From Rhodobacterales bacterium (GTDB lineage: Bacteria > Pseudomonadota > Alphaproteobacteria > Rhodobacterales > CAZPXZ01): a stretch of 64,000 nt of DNA. Made by a program: the position numbers and the translations under genes. The stretch lies in the NCBI GenBank assembly GCA_965221505.1, contig CBDCSI010000002.1, positions 225,575-289,574 on the forward strand, given 5' to 3'. The first letter of the stretch is position 1; each line of letters opens with the position of its first letter. Below, piece by piece: positions 46,776 through 56,937 of this stretch. The notes under the pieces were generated by a model. That model searched no databases and was not told the DNA's origin. It saw only the letters and a list, made by a program, of their open reading frames with translations.

Positions 46776-47882
46776 ATGCCAGGACTATCCTCGCGGGGAC
46801 CGCTGCGGACACCGGTTGCGCATGACCGGAATCCCTCGGCGAGGTATGCCGCTCCGGCGCCATCGGAGGCTTGTACGCTGAATCTCCCGCCCGAAGACGT
46901 CCAGGCCGCGCTCCGGCGGCTGGGCCTGATCCGCGAGGGGGACGTACCCCGCGCCACCCGACTACCCGGCGGCGTCTCGTCCGACATATGGCGAATCGAA
47001 CTGCGTGACCGAACCCTCTGCGCCAAGCAGGCTCTGGCGCGGCTCAGGGTCGAAGCCGAGTGGCGAGCGCCGGTCGAGCGAAACGCCTACGAGGCCGCCT
47101 GGATGGAAACCGCGTCCTCGATCGTCGCCTCGGCGGTGCCGCGTCTCTACGGGCAGGACCGGCAAGCCGGCCTGATCGTCATGGAGTATCTGGATCCTTC
47201 CGCGCATCCGCTCTGGAAGGAGAGGCTGAGGCGGGGTGTCGCCGAACCGGGCGATGCGCAAGGGGTGGCCGCCGCCCTCGTCGCCGTTCATGCCGGAACG
47301 GCCCTGGACCCGAAGATCGCTCGGCGGTTCGCGTCGGACGAGATCTTTCGGGCCATTCGCTTGGAGCCGTATCTCGAAGCCTCGGCGCGGGCGCATCCCG
47401 ATCTCGGCGACCTTCTGCGGGAAATCGCGGTCCGTACCGCAAACGCCCGGCTGGCCCTGGTTCACGGGGACGTGAGTCCGAAGAATGTCCTGATCGGTCC
47501 CGCGGGACCGGTGTTCCTGGACGCGGAATGCGCCTGGTACGGCGATCCGGCCTTCGACCTCGCCTTCTGCCTGAACCACCTGCTGTTGAAATGCCTCTGG
47601 ACGCCGAAGGCCATTTCGGGATTCCTCGCCTGTTTCGACGTTTTCGCCGGCGCCTATCTGTCGGGCGTCTCGTGGGAGTCGCCCCGAAATCTCGAGGCGC
47701 GCGCCGCGCCGCTCCTGGCGGGCCTGTTTCTTGCGCGAATCGACGGCAAGTCGCCGGTCGAGTACGTCACCCGGGAGGACCGGAAGGACCGCGTTCGCCG
47801 CGTTGCGCGCGCGCTGCTCACGAAGCGAGTCGACCGGTTGGCGGCGGTACGCGACGCCTGGGCGAAGGAGCTCGAGAATTGA
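46776..47882 (+). CDS. APH-fold phosphotransferase, methylthioribose-kinase-like
   Basis: LPGGVSSDIW, CAKQAL..LRVEAEW, catalytic loop LVHGDVSPKNVLI, and DAECAWYGDPAFDLAF. The start is uncertain: ATG 46776 is the only canonical in-frame start, and conserved sequence begins near 46878. Confidence 0.75.
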   Translation: MPGLSSRGPLRTPVAHDRNPSARYAAPAPSEACTLNLPPEDVQAALRRLGLIREGDVPRATRLPGGVSSDIWRIELRDRTLCAKQALARLRVEAEWRAPVERNAYEAAWMETASSIVASAVPRLYGQDRQAGLIVMEYLDPSAHPLWKERLRRGVAEPGDAQGVAAALVAVHAGTALDPKIARRFASDEIFRAIRLEPYLEASARAHPDLGDLLREIAVRTANARLALVHGDVSPKNVLIGPAGPVFLDAECAWYGDPAFDLAFCLNHLLLKCLWTPKAISGFLACFDVFAGAYLSGVSWESPRNLEARAAPLLAGLFLARIDGKSPVEYVTREDRKDRVRRVARALLTKRVDRLAAVRDAWAKELEN

Positions 47883-49174
47883 ACTCGACCGAGGTTCGCC
47901 GGATATCGGCCCGGCGCGTATGGGACTCGCGCGCGAGACCCACGATCGAGGCGGAAGTCACTCTCGCGGGCGGTGCGCGAGGCCGCGCCATCGCGCCGGC
48001 CGGAGCTTCGCGGGGCAGCGCAGAAGCCGTCGACCTTCGCGACGGCGGACCCGCGTTCGGCGGACTGGACGTGACGCGCGCGGTGGCGGCCGTCAACGGC
48101 GAGATCGCCGCCGCGCTCGCCGGGTTCGACGCGGCCGACCAAGCCGGCGCCGACCGTCGCCTGGTCGAGCTGGACGGCACGCCGGACAAGTCGCGGCTCG
48201 GCGGAAACGCGACGGTCGCGACCTCGACGGCGCTCGCGCATGCGGCAGCCGCCGCCCGCGGCTTGCCGCTCTGGCGCCACCTCTCGCAGCATACGGAGCC
48301 CCAGCTGCCGCTGCCGGAGATTCAGGTGTTCGGGGGCGGCGCGCATGCGGCCCGGAGGGTCGACGTCCAGGACTTCATGGTCGTCGCCGTCGGCGCGACC
48401 GAGTATTCCGAGGCGCTGGACTGGACGGCTGAGGTCTACCGCTCCGCCGGCGACGTCATGGAGGAACGCGGACTCCGCTACGGCACCGCCGACGAGGGCG
48501 GCTACTGGCCCGCGTTCGAGAGCAACGAAGCGGCGCTGGAGGCGCTCGTTCGGGCGATCGAGCGAACCGGGCTGGTTCCGGGCGAGCAGGTCGGCATTTC
48601 GCTTGACGTCGCGGCGTCCGAATTCGGATCCGGCGGGCGCTACCGGCTGTCCCGGGACGGCCGAACGCTCGACGCCGACGGCATGTGCGAACTCCTCGGC
48701 GACTGGATCGAACGGTTCCCGATCGTCTCGGTCGAGGATCCGTTGGCGGAAGACGATATCGACGGCCTCACGGCCTTCACGAGGGCGTACGGCCGGCGCG
48801 TTCAGGTCGTGGGCGACGATGCGCTGGTGTCCAGCGCCGGACGGGTCCGACGAGCGGCCGACGCCGGCGCCTGCAACGCGGTCCTCCTGAAGCCCAACCA
48901 GGCCGGAACGCTCACCGAATGCCGGGCGGCGCACGATGCGGCGCGCAGCGCGGGCTACGGCGCCCTGGTCTCCGCCCGTTCGGGGGAGAGCGAAGACGTC
49001 ACGGTCGTCCATCTCGCCGTGGGCTGGGGAGTGCGGCAACTCAAGGTCGGCTCGATCGCGCATGGCGAGCGGACCGCCAAGTGGAACGAAGGGCTTCGAA
49101 TCGCCGACGCCCTCCCGTCCGGCGGTCGACTGCCGCCGGCGGGGTCCTTTCCGTGGGCGAATCGATGCGCGTAG
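47879..49174 (+). CDS. enolase-family protein (divergent paralogue)
   Basis: It aligns end-to-end with enolase: ARRVWDSRARPTIEAEV, ADEGGYWP, SLDVAASEF, SVEDPLAEDD, VVGDDALVS, LLKPNQAGTLTE and QLKVGS. The signatures are altered: PAGASRG for PSGASTG, VQDFMV for IQEFMI, and SARSGESED for SHRSGETED. TTG start overlaps the kinase stop (TTGA). Confidence 0.8.
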   Translation: MNSTEVRRISARRVWDSRARPTIEAEVTLAGGARGRAIAPAGASRGSAEAVDLRDGGPAFGGLDVTRAVAAVNGEIAAALAGFDAADQAGADRRLVELDGTPDKSRLGGNATVATSTALAHAAAAARGLPLWRHLSQHTEPQLPLPEIQVFGGGAHAARRVDVQDFMVVAVGATEYSEALDWTAEVYRSAGDVMEERGLRYGTADEGGYWPAFESNEAALEALVRAIERTGLVPGEQVGISLDVAASEFGSGGRYRLSRDGRTLDADGMCELLGDWIERFPIVSVEDPLAEDDIDGLTAFTRAYGRRVQVVGDDALVSSAGRVRRAADAGACNAVLLKPNQAGTLTECRAAHDAARSAGYGALVSARSGESEDVTVVHLAVGWGVRQLKVGSIAHGERTAKWNEGLRIADALPSGGRLPPAGSFPWANRCA

Positions 49175-50115
49175 TCTTTCGCTACGGCGCCGGACCGGCG
49201 CTCGCCCGGCGGCTGGCCGACGCGGCCGCCGAGTGCGACCTGGTCATCGAGGCATGCGCGGAGGAGGACGACGACCGCTTCCGGGCGCTGATGAGCGACG
49301 CCGACGTTCTCTGGCACGTGTTGCGGCCGGTCTCGGCAAGAGACATCGAAACCTCGCCCCGGCTGAAGCTGATCCAGAAGATCGGCGTCGGCACGAACAC
49401 CATCGACCTCGATGCGGCCCGCGCCGCCGGCGTCCGCGTGTGCAACATGCCCGGCACCAACACCGCGGCGGTGGCCGAGATGACCCTCGCGCTGATGCTG
49501 GCCGCCCTCCGCCGAATCCCCGCCGGCATGCGCGCCATGCGGCGGGGCGTCTGGGCGCCGGACGCCGACATGCAGGACCGGCTCCTGGAGATCGCCGGTC
49601 GAACGGTCGGTCTGGTCGGCTTCGGCGCGGTTCCCCGGCGGCTCGCGCCGGTCCTGCGCACCCTCGGCGCCCGCGTGCTCTACGCCTCCCGCACGCCGGT
49701 TCGGGAGGCGGACGGGATCGCCGAACGGCGGACGCTCGCCGCGCTGCTCGCCGAAGCGGACGTCGTCTCGCTGCACGTACCCGAGACGCCGGACACCGTC
49801 CGCCTGATCGACGAGGCGGCGATCGAGCGCATGAAACCGGGCGCCGTGCTGGTCAATACCGCGCGCGGACGGGTGGTCGACGAGAAGGCCCTGGTCTCCG
49901 CCCTCGCCCGCGGCAGGCTTCGGGCCGCGGGGCTCGACGTCTTCGCCCGAGAGCCGATCGAGCCGGACAACCCGCTCCTGAACCTCGACAACGTCGTGCT
50001 GACGCCCCATGTCGCGTGGTTGACCGCGGACACCCTCGAGCGCAGCCTCGCGGTGGCGCTGGACAATTGCCGACGCCTCGCCGCCGGCGAGGAGCTGCGT
50101 TTCCGGGTGATCTGA
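49165..50115 (+). CDS. D-isomer-specific 2-hydroxyacid dehydrogenase family protein
   Basis: IGVGTNTIDLDAA, NAD fold GLVGFGAVPRRLA, NTARGRVVDE and TPHVAW. The 5' end overlaps the enolase-like gene by 10 nt. Confidence 0.85.
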   Translation: MRVVFRYGAGPALARRLADAAAECDLVIEACAEEDDDRFRALMSDADVLWHVLRPVSARDIETSPRLKLIQKIGVGTNTIDLDAARAAGVRVCNMPGTNTAAVAEMTLALMLAALRRIPAGMRAMRRGVWAPDADMQDRLLEIAGRTVGLVGFGAVPRRLAPVLRTLGARVLYASRTPVREADGIAERRTLAALLAEADVVSLHVPETPDTVRLIDEAAIERMKPGAVLVNTARGRVVDEKALVSALARGRLRAAGLDVFAREPIEPDNPLLNLDNVVLTPHVAWLTADTLERSLAVALDNCRRLAAGEELRFRVI

Positions 50116-50340
50116 GGGCCCGACCCGGAATTCGGCGCGGTTCCGTCGCGGTCCCTCGGGCCGAGCGGTATCCCTCTGTCCTTCTGCAGCGGGCCGCTGG
50201 AGGACGGGCGATCGCAGCCTCGCCGCCACAGGATGAAACGCCGCTTCCGGCACGGTAGATTCCCGCCCCCTGCCGCCGGCGCCAGGACGACTTCGGATAA
50301 CCGAAGCGCCCGGGAACCGGCAATCAGCGAGGCGAATTCC

Positions 50341-51234
50341 ATGCCCCAGGCCGAGACCGGCGCGAGCCAGGACGAAAATTGGACCAGAACGGCGGAAACC
50401 CTCGCCCGGGCGCTGCTCGACATTCGCCGACATAGCGGCCGCATTGTCGTGATCAAGCTCGGCGGAGCGGCCATGGCCAACGACGCGGCGCTCGACCGGT
50501 TCGCGCTGGACGTCACCCTGCTTCGGCAGTGCGGCGTTCGGGTCGTCGTGGTACACGGCGGCGGACCGCAGATCAACGGAATGCTCGACCGGCTCGGCAT
50601 CCCGGCGCGGTTCGTCGGCGGTCACCGCGTCACCGACCCGGCGACGCTGGAAGTGGTGGAAATGGTGCTCGCCGGCGCCGTGAACAAGCGCGTGGTCTCG
50701 GCGATCTGCCGGCAGGGCGCTCGCGCGGTCGGGATTTCGGGGAAGGACGGCAACCTCCTCTCCGCGAGTCGCCGGCATGCGGCCGACGGGTCGGATATCG
50801 GGTTCGTGGGCGCGCCGGCCGAAATCGACACCCGCGTTCTCGAGGACCTGATCCGGTCCGAACTGATCCCGGTCGTCGCGCCCGTCGCGTTCGGCAAGGA
50901 CGGCGAGACCTACAACGTCAACGCCGACACCGCGGCCGGCGCGCTGGCGGCCGCCCTGCAGGCGGCCCGCCTGCTCCTCTTGACGGACGTGGAGGGAGTG
51001 CTGGACCGGGACGGCAAGTTGTTGCGGTCCGTCACCGCCGAGGAGGCGGTCCGGCTGATGGCGGACGGCACGATCGGAAGCGGAATGATCCCGAAGGTCC
51101 GAACCGCATGCGACGCGGTCGAGGCCGGCGTGCGGGCGGCGGTCATACTCGACGGCCGTTCGACGCATGCGACGCTGCTCGAGCTGTTCACCGACCGGGG
51201 GGCCGGAACGCTGATCTCGAAGGAGCCCCGCTGA
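50341..51234 (+). CDS. argB: acetylglutamate kinase
   Basis: VVIKLGGAAM, VVVHGGGPQI, RVTD and GMIPKV motifs. ATG 50341 was chosen over the upstream 50233. Confidence 0.9.
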   Translation: MPQAETGASQDENWTRTAETLARALLDIRRHSGRIVVIKLGGAAMANDAALDRFALDVTLLRQCGVRVVVVHGGGPQINGMLDRLGIPARFVGGHRVTDPATLEVVEMVLAGAVNKRVVSAICRQGARAVGISGKDGNLLSASRRHAADGSDIGFVGAPAEIDTRVLEDLIRSELIPVVAPVAFGKDGETYNVNADTAAGALAAALQAARLLLLTDVEGVLDRDGKLLRSVTAEEAVRLMADGTIGSGMIPKVRTACDAVEAGVRAAVILDGRSTHATLLELFTDRGAGTLISKEPR

Positions 51235-51261
51235 CTCGTCGGCGCCGGAGGCGGGGCGCTC

Positions 51262-51867
51262 CTACGCCGACGCCGAGGGCCGGGCCCGCATCTCCTCCAG
51301 CCAGCGGCGCAGGTGCGAGAGGCCTTCCGGCACCCGGAGACGGGCAACCCGCATGAAGTCGATCATGACGTGGGGCGTGATGTCCGCCGCCGTAAACCGT
51401 TCGCCGGCGACATAGGGGCTCGCGGCGAGGCGCTCGTCCAGCGCCTCGAGCGCCCGCTCGACGCGGGCGCGATTCGCCTCCCCCCACGCCGGTACCTGCT
51501 CGACTTCTAGCGCGCTCATGCGAGGGTTCAGGTGGCGAACGACGGCCACGACGTGCTGCATCAGCCCGAACTCCATTCGCCGGTGCCACATTTCGACGAC
51601 GGCCGCCTCCAGCGCGTCCCGGCCGAGCAGGTTGGGTTCCGGTCGAAGGGCCTCGACGTACCGGAAAATCGCGACGGTTTCGGTCAACACCGTCCCGTCC
51701 TCGAGCTCGACCGCCGGCACCGTGGGCGCGCCCGCCCAGGCGAGATACGCGGGCGTGCGGTGCTCGCCCGCCATCACGTCGATCGGATCGGACCGGATGG
51801 GAAACGACTTCTCGGCGAGGAAGATCCGAAGCCTCCGGGGATTCGGGGCGGGCGGAGTCTCGACCAT
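51262..51867 (-). CDS. glutathione S-transferase family protein
   Basis: Thioredoxin-like N-domain ([34 protein letters not shown]) and a helical C-domain. ATG 51867 is preferred; ATG 51888 is the alternative. Confidence 0.8.
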   Translation of the reverse strand: MVETPPAPNPRRLRIFLAEKSFPIRSDPIDVMAGEHRTPAYLAWAGAPTVPAVELEDGTVLTETVAIFRYVEALRPEPNLLGRDALEAAVVEMWHRRMEFGLMQHVVAVVRHLNPRMSALEVEQVPAWGEANRARVERALEALDERLAASPYVAGERFTAADITPHVMIDFMRVARLRVPEGLSHLRRWLEEMRARPSASA

Positions 51868-52146
51868 GCGGACGGGTCTCGGGAGCATCGCACCGGCCTC
51901 CGGCTGATCCGGCAGGCCGCGGGGTGCGGACGCCGACGCACGGATCATAGCCCAACCGACGGAAGAATCGGTCACAAGACGGATCCCGTCCGGCGCCCGC
52001 AGTCAGGGTCCCGGCTCCCGGCCCCGCGATTCGGCGGCCGGGTCGAGCGGCGGTCGCGCCTCCCCTCGCCGTTTCGACGCGGCTTGGATGCCGCCGCCGG
52101 GCGTAGTACCGTCAGGCAACCCCGTCGCGAGAGGATTCCCGAACCC

Positions 52147-53082
52147 GTGCGCACCCGTCGTCATCTGCTCGGAATCGAAGCGCTCTCGCACGGAGACATT
52201 CTCGAAATCCTCGATCTCGCCGAGACCTACGCGACCCGCAACCGCATGCGGGAGGGGAAGGGAAGCGAGCTCCGCGGACTGACCCAGATCAACCTGTTCT
52301 TCGAGAGTTCGACCCGAACCCGCGCGAGCTTCGAGCTCGCCGGCAAGCGCCTCGGCGCGGACGTGCTCAACCTCCCGGTGTCGACCTCCGCCATCAAGAA
52401 GGGCGAGACGTTGATCGATACGGCCCTGACCCTGAACGCGATGAACCCCGACATCCTGGTCTGCCGCCACCCCTGTTCCGGCGCCGTGGCGCTGCTCGCC
52501 GACAAGGTGGACTGCGCCGTGATCAACGCCGGCGACGGATCGCACGAGCATCCGACGCAGGCGCTGCTCGACGCGCTGACCATTCGCCGCAGGACGGGCC
52601 GGCTCGAACGCCTGACCGTCGCGATTTGCGGCGACATCCTGCACAGCCGGGTGGCGCGGTCGAACCTCGTCCTTCTCGACCGGCTGCACAACCGGGTGCG
52701 GTTCGTCGCGCCTCGGACCCTGATTCCGCCGGACGCCGAGCGCATGGGCGCCGAGGTGTTTCACGACATGGCGAGCGGGCTCCAAGACGCCGACGTGGTG
52801 ATGATGCTGCGGCTGCAGAGCGAGCGGATGCAGGGCGCCTTCGTCCCGTCGACGCGAGAGTACTTTCATCGCTACGGCCTGGACGCGCAAAAGCTGGCCG
52901 CGGCCGCGCCGGGCGTCATCGTCATGCATCCCGGTCCGATGAATCGCGGCATCGAGATCGACGCCGAACTCGCCGACGACATCAACCGTTCCGTCATCCA
53001 GGAACAGGTCGAGATGGGGGTCGCGGTTCGCATGGCGGTGCTGCAGATTCACGCGCCCCGGATACCGGGGGGCGGATCGTGA
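52147..53082 (+). CDS. pyrB: aspartate carbamoyltransferase catalytic subunit
   Basis: [23 protein letters not shown] and [12 protein letters not shown] motifs. GTG start at 52147. Confidence 0.9.
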   Translation: MRTRRHLLGIEALSHGDILEILDLAETYATRNRMREGKGSELRGLTQINLFFESSTRTRASFELAGKRLGADVLNLPVSTSAIKKGETLIDTALTLNAMNPDILVCRHPCSGAVALLADKVDCAVINAGDGSHEHPTQALLDALTIRRRTGRLERLTVAICGDILHSRVARSNLVLLDRLHNRVRFVAPRTLIPPDAERMGAEVFHDMASGLQDADVVMMLRLQSERMQGAFVPSTREYFHRYGLDAQKLAAAAPGVIVMHPGPMNRGIEIDAELADDINRSVIQEQVEMGVAVRMAVLQIHAPRIPGGGS

Positions 53083-54386
53083 CCCGCACCCACTACTGCA
53101 ACGCGCGGCTGGTGGATCCCGAGCGCGGGACCGTCGAGCCGGGCGGCGTGCTGTTCGAACGCGGCAGGATTCTGGGCGCCGGACCGGAACTGCTCTCGCC
53201 GGAGAGCGGCGGAGAAGCCGTTCGCCACGACTGCCGGGAGCTCTGTCTCGCGCCGGGCCTGGTCGACATGCGCGTGTTTCTGGGCGAACCCGGGGCGCGG
53301 CACAAGGAGAGCTTTCGCTCCGCCGGCGAGGCGGCGGCCGCCGGAGGGGTGACGACCATCGTCGCGCAACCGGACACCTCTCCGCCTCTCGACGCGCCGG
53401 AGATACTCGAGTTTGTCCTGCGACGCGCCGCCGCCGACTGCCGGGTGCGGGTGTTTCCCATGGCGGCGCTCACCAAGGGGCTTCAGGGACGCGAACTGGC
53501 GGAACACGGATTCCTGCTCGACGCCGGCGCCGTGGCGTTCTCCGATTCGGACCGGACGGTCGCCGATTCCGCCGTGTTCCGGCGCTGCCTCGACTATATT
53601 CAGCCGCTCGGCGCACTGGTGGCGCATCATGCGCAGGATCCCTCCTTCTCCGGCCGGGGCTGCGCCACCGAGGGCACGTTCGCGTCGCGCATGGGGCTCG
53701 CCGGCGTTCCGGCGGCGGCGGAGGTGATGCAACTCGAACGCGACCTTCGGATCGTCGAGCTGACCCGGGCGCGCTACCACATGGACCAGATCACGACCCG
53801 TGCGGCGCTGGAGCGGCTGATTCGGGCCAAGGACGAGGGACACCGGGTCACCGCGGGCGTCTCCGCCGCGCATCTGGCCCTGAACGAACTCGACATCGCC
53901 GACTACCGCACGTTCTACAAGCTCCGCCCGCCACTGCGCGCGGAGGAGGACCGCGCCGCCGTCGAGGCGGCGGCCGCCGACGGTTCCGTCGACGTGATCG
54001 TCTCGTCCCACCGTCCGCAGGACGAAGAATCGAAACGCTTGCCCTACGAACTGGCGGAACCCGGCGCAGTCGGCCTCGAAACCCTCCTCCCCGTCTCGCT
54101 GCGGCTCTGGCACAACGGTCAGGCGAGCCTGCCGCGCCTGTTCGAGATGCTCGCGTTGAACCCGTCCCGACTGCTCGGCCTGGAAACGGGCCGGCTCTCG
54201 AAGGGAGCGCCGGCGGATCTCGTGCTGTTCGACCCGAACAAGCCGTGGATCCTCGACCGGTTCCGGCTTCGATCGAAGAGCCGGAACAGCCCGTTCGACG
54301 GCGCTACGCTGCAGGGAAGCGTCGTCCGCACGGCAGTCGGCGGCAAGACGGTCTTCGAAGCGGAACCCGGGAGCGCAGCGAGATGA
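53079..54386 (+). CDS. pyrC: dihydroorotase-like protein (PyrC'-type, HxH motif absent)
   Basis: Amidohydrolase-fold DHOase of the roughly 430-aa class. [15 protein letters not shown] occupies the position of the canonical PGxxDxHvHlReP. The GTG start overlaps the pyrB stop (GTGA). Confidence 0.8.
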   Translation: MTRTHYCNARLVDPERGTVEPGGVLFERGRILGAGPELLSPESGGEAVRHDCRELCLAPGLVDMRVFLGEPGARHKESFRSAGEAAAAGGVTTIVAQPDTSPPLDAPEILEFVLRRAAADCRVRVFPMAALTKGLQGRELAEHGFLLDAGAVAFSDSDRTVADSAVFRRCLDYIQPLGALVAHHAQDPSFSGRGCATEGTFASRMGLAGVPAAAEVMQLERDLRIVELTRARYHMDQITTRAALERLIRAKDEGHRVTAGVSAAHLALNELDIADYRTFYKLRPPLRAEEDRAAVEAAAADGSVDVIVSSHRPQDEESKRLPYELAEPGAVGLETLLPVSLRLWHNGQASLPRLFEMLALNPSRLLGLETGRLSKGAPADLVLFDPNKPWILDRFRLRSKSRNSPFDGATLQGSVVRTAVGGKTVFEAEPGSAAR

Positions 54387-55006
54387 TTCCCGAAATTCTC
54401 GGTCTCGAACGGGCGCTGCCCTGGCTTGCCGCGGCGCTGGCCGGCGGTTACGCCCTCGGGTCCGTTCCGTTCGGCCTCCTCGTCGCGAGAGCGTTCGGTC
54501 TCGCGGACATCCGCAAGACCGGCTCCGGCAACATCGGCGCGACCAACGTGCTTCGAACCGGCAACCGGACGGCGGCAGCGCTGACGCTGACCCTCGACCT
54601 TCTGAAGGGGCTCGTCGCCGCCGGCCTTGCGGCGGAATGGGGACCTCTGGCCTCGTCCGTGGCCGGCGCCGGCGCGGTGATCGGCCATTGTTTCCCGGTC
54701 TGGCTCGGCTTTCGCGGCGGCAAGGGGGTCGCCACCTCCTTCGGGGCCCTGCTGGTATGGAACTGGGAAGCGGCCCTGATCGCGTTGGCCGTGTTCCTGC
54801 TGGCGTTCGCGGCGGCGCGAATCGTCTCCCTCGCGTCGCTCCTGGGCTGTATCGCCGCGCCCGTCGCCCTCGCGCAGCTGAGCGACTGGGACTACGTTCC
54901 GGCGGCGGCTCTGGCTTCCCTGATTCTCGTCCTTCGCCACAAGGACAACCTCGGCAGGCTGATCCGGCGCGAGGAAAAGCCGATTCGCTTCCGCCGCAGG
55001 GACTGA
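54383..55006 (+). CDS. plsY: glycerol-3-phosphate acyltransferase PlsY
   Basis: GSVPFG, GSGNIGATNVLR and GGKGVAT motifs. The ATG overlaps the pyrC stop (ATGA). Confidence 0.9.
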   Translation: MIPEILGLERALPWLAAALAGGYALGSVPFGLLVARAFGLADIRKTGSGNIGATNVLRTGNRTAAALTLTLDLLKGLVAAGLAAEWGPLASSVAGAGAVIGHCFPVWLGFRGGKGVATSFGALLVWNWEAALIALAVFLLAFAAARIVSLASLLGCIAAPVALAQLSDWDYVPAAALASLILVLRHKDNLGRLIRREEKPIRFRRRD

Positions 55007-55048
55007 CCCGCGCTCGACGGAGTCCGCAGGCGGCGTTGGTCGCCCGGG

Positions 55049-55966
55049 TCAACGCCCGGACTGCCGCGCCGGATCCGTCTTCTCTTCTTTCAGCAGGAGC
55101 GCCAGTCCGGCGACGGTCAAGGCGACGCCGGGCAGCAGCCGGAGATCGGGCAACCCGTGTCCGATCGCGGCTTCGAGGACGATCACGAGACTCGGGGTCA
55201 GGAAGGTGTACGCCATCACCTTGGCGGCCGGCAGGCGCAGCGTCGCGAACTGGATGAGCAGAAAGGTGAGCGCGCTCGCGAAGAGGGCGAGGTAGCCGAC
55301 GCCGAGCCATACGGTCCAGGGCACGCTCGCCCAGGGCGTCGCGAGCGCCGCCCGCCAGCCGAACGCGACGAGGACCGCGATGCCGGCGGCGAAGGTCAGC
55401 AGCGTAAAGGAAAGTATGGGCTCGCCGCGGTGCACCCTGCGCACCATCGGGGCGTAGAGCGCGTAGGACGCGCAACCGAGAAAGAACACGGCTTCGCCCC
55501 GGCCGACTTCGAACGCGAGCGCCGCGTCGACGTCCCCGCGGAAGATGACCCACAGTGCGCCGACCGCCGCAACCGGCAGGGCCAGCGACATGCGGGCCGA
55601 TATCCGCTGCCCGACCAGCACGCGGGCCATCGCCGCGGACATGAGCGGCGTAAGCGTGAAGACCGCGCCGATGGCGACGGGATCCGCGGTCTTCAGGCCC
55701 TCGAACATGGCGACGAAGAATCCGGCGAACAGCGCCCCGAGAACCAGGTGCCGCCATAGAGCGTCGAAGTCCCGGCGACGGATGCCCGGGCCGGCCGCCA
55801 CCAGCGCGGCGATCACGGCCGCGGCGAGGAGGAATCGTACGGCGTTCAGGACCGTCGGCGCGATTTCGTCGGCGATAAGCCCCCCGATGCTGAAGGATCC
55901 GGCGGTACAGCCGGCGAACGCCAGCATGGCCAGGTGGCCCTTGGCGGCGGGACTCCAGTTCCTCAT
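55049..55966 (-). CDS. DMT-superfamily (EamA-like) transporter
   Basis: About ten predicted TM helices arranged as two EamA-type repeats. Confidence 0.75.
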   Translation of the reverse strand: MRNWSPAAKGHLAMLAFAGCTAGSFSIGGLIADEIAPTVLNAVRFLLAAAVIAALVAAGPGIRRRDFDALWRHLVLGALFAGFFVAMFEGLKTADPVAIGAVFTLTPLMSAAMARVLVGQRISARMSLALPVAAVGALWVIFRGDVDAALAFEVGRGEAVFFLGCASYALYAPMVRRVHRGEPILSFTLLTFAAGIAVLVAFGWRAALATPWASVPWTVWLGVGYLALFASALTFLLIQFATLRLPAAKVMAYTFLTPSLVIVLEAAIGHGLPDLRLLPGVALTVAGLALLLKEEKTDPARQSGR

Positions 55967-56140
55967 GCCCGTCTACCCCGGCGTCGCGCATGAAGGAAGC
56001 GGCCCGGGCTTGTCGCGCCCGTAGGGTGCGCTATACACCGCTGGGCGGGCGATCCCGCGCCCGGGCCGCCGGCCTCGCGTCGGGTATCGGCCGGGACTCG
56101 GCCGGGTTCGGATGCAGTCGACGCGCGGAGGAGAGTCGGG

Positions 56141-56605
56141 ATGCGAAAGACGCTGTACCTCGCCAACCCGTACGGGTTCTCGGAACAGCAGAAGGCGGGC
56201 CCCCTTGCGGAGCTGGTCTCGTCGCTGGAAGCGGTCGGCGCGGAAGTGTGGGAGCCGTTCCGGCGCAACAACCAGGTCGACCGGGCGAAGCCCGGCTGGG
56301 CGCACCGAATCGCGCAGGCGGACGTACGGGACGTCCGCGAATCGGACGGAATCTTCGCCGTGGTGAACGGGTGTCCGCCGGACGAGGGAGTCATGGTGGA
56401 GCTCGGGCTCGCGATCGCCTGGGAGAAGGCCGTGTTCCTGTTTCGGGACGATTTCCGCCGGTGTACCGACAGCGAGGCCTACCCGCTGAACCTCATGGTG
56501 TTCGCCGGGCTGCCCGAAGTCGGCTGGGAAGCGCATTGGTTTGCCTCCGTGGAGGAGATTGCCGACCCGGACAAGGCGCTCGTCCGGTGGCTGAGATCGG
56601 GGTGA
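56141..56605 (+). CDS. nucleoside 2-deoxyribosyltransferase family protein
   Basis: The N-terminus LYLANPYGFSE and DEGVMVELGLAIA (catalytic Glu context) are typical of the family. Confidence 0.75.
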   Translation: MRKTLYLANPYGFSEQQKAGPLAELVSSLEAVGAEVWEPFRRNNQVDRAKPGWAHRIAQADVRDVRESDGIFAVVNGCPPDEGVMVELGLAIAWEKAVFLFRDDFRRCTDSEAYPLNLMVFAGLPEVGWEAHWFASVEEIADPDKALVRWLRSG

Positions 56606-56722
56606 TCGCGGTTGCGTCGCGACAGGACGGGTTCCGGGAGTCGCCTTCCGTTCCCCGGCGGCCCGGAACGAGGGGCTTGGCTACGGCCGAAAGGGAAACT
56701 ATAGTGCGGTTTCCGCTTCGGA

Positions 56723-56799
56723 CGGAGTGTAGCTCAGCCTGGTAGAGCACTGCCTTCGGGAGGCAGGGGCCGCAGGTTCAAATCCTGCCACTCCGACCA
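56723..56799 (+). tRNA. tRNA-Pro (anticodon CGG)
   Basis: The cloverleaf can be folded by hand: acceptor cggagtg/cactccg; D arm gctc..gagc; anticodon stem ctgcc/ggcag with loop ttCGGga; T arm gcagg-ttcaaat-cctgc; encoded CCA. Confidence 0.9.
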
Positions 56800-56937
56800 T
56801 CGGACGACGCGAGCCGGCCAGACCGCACCGTCTCGTCTGCTGACCCCGCTACAGACCGTGAAGCCGAACCGCAACGAACACGCTTCGGCGTACTCGCCGA
56901 ACTCGAGCCTGCGAGGCGACAGGAAGGAGATCCGTCC

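Noticed and set aside
53049-55991. 980-aa minus-strand ORF across pyrC', plsY and the EamA gene
   Set aside because: Only its last part (55049-55966, in a different listed frame) is a real membrane protein. The rest is antisense shadow of pyrC'/plsY.
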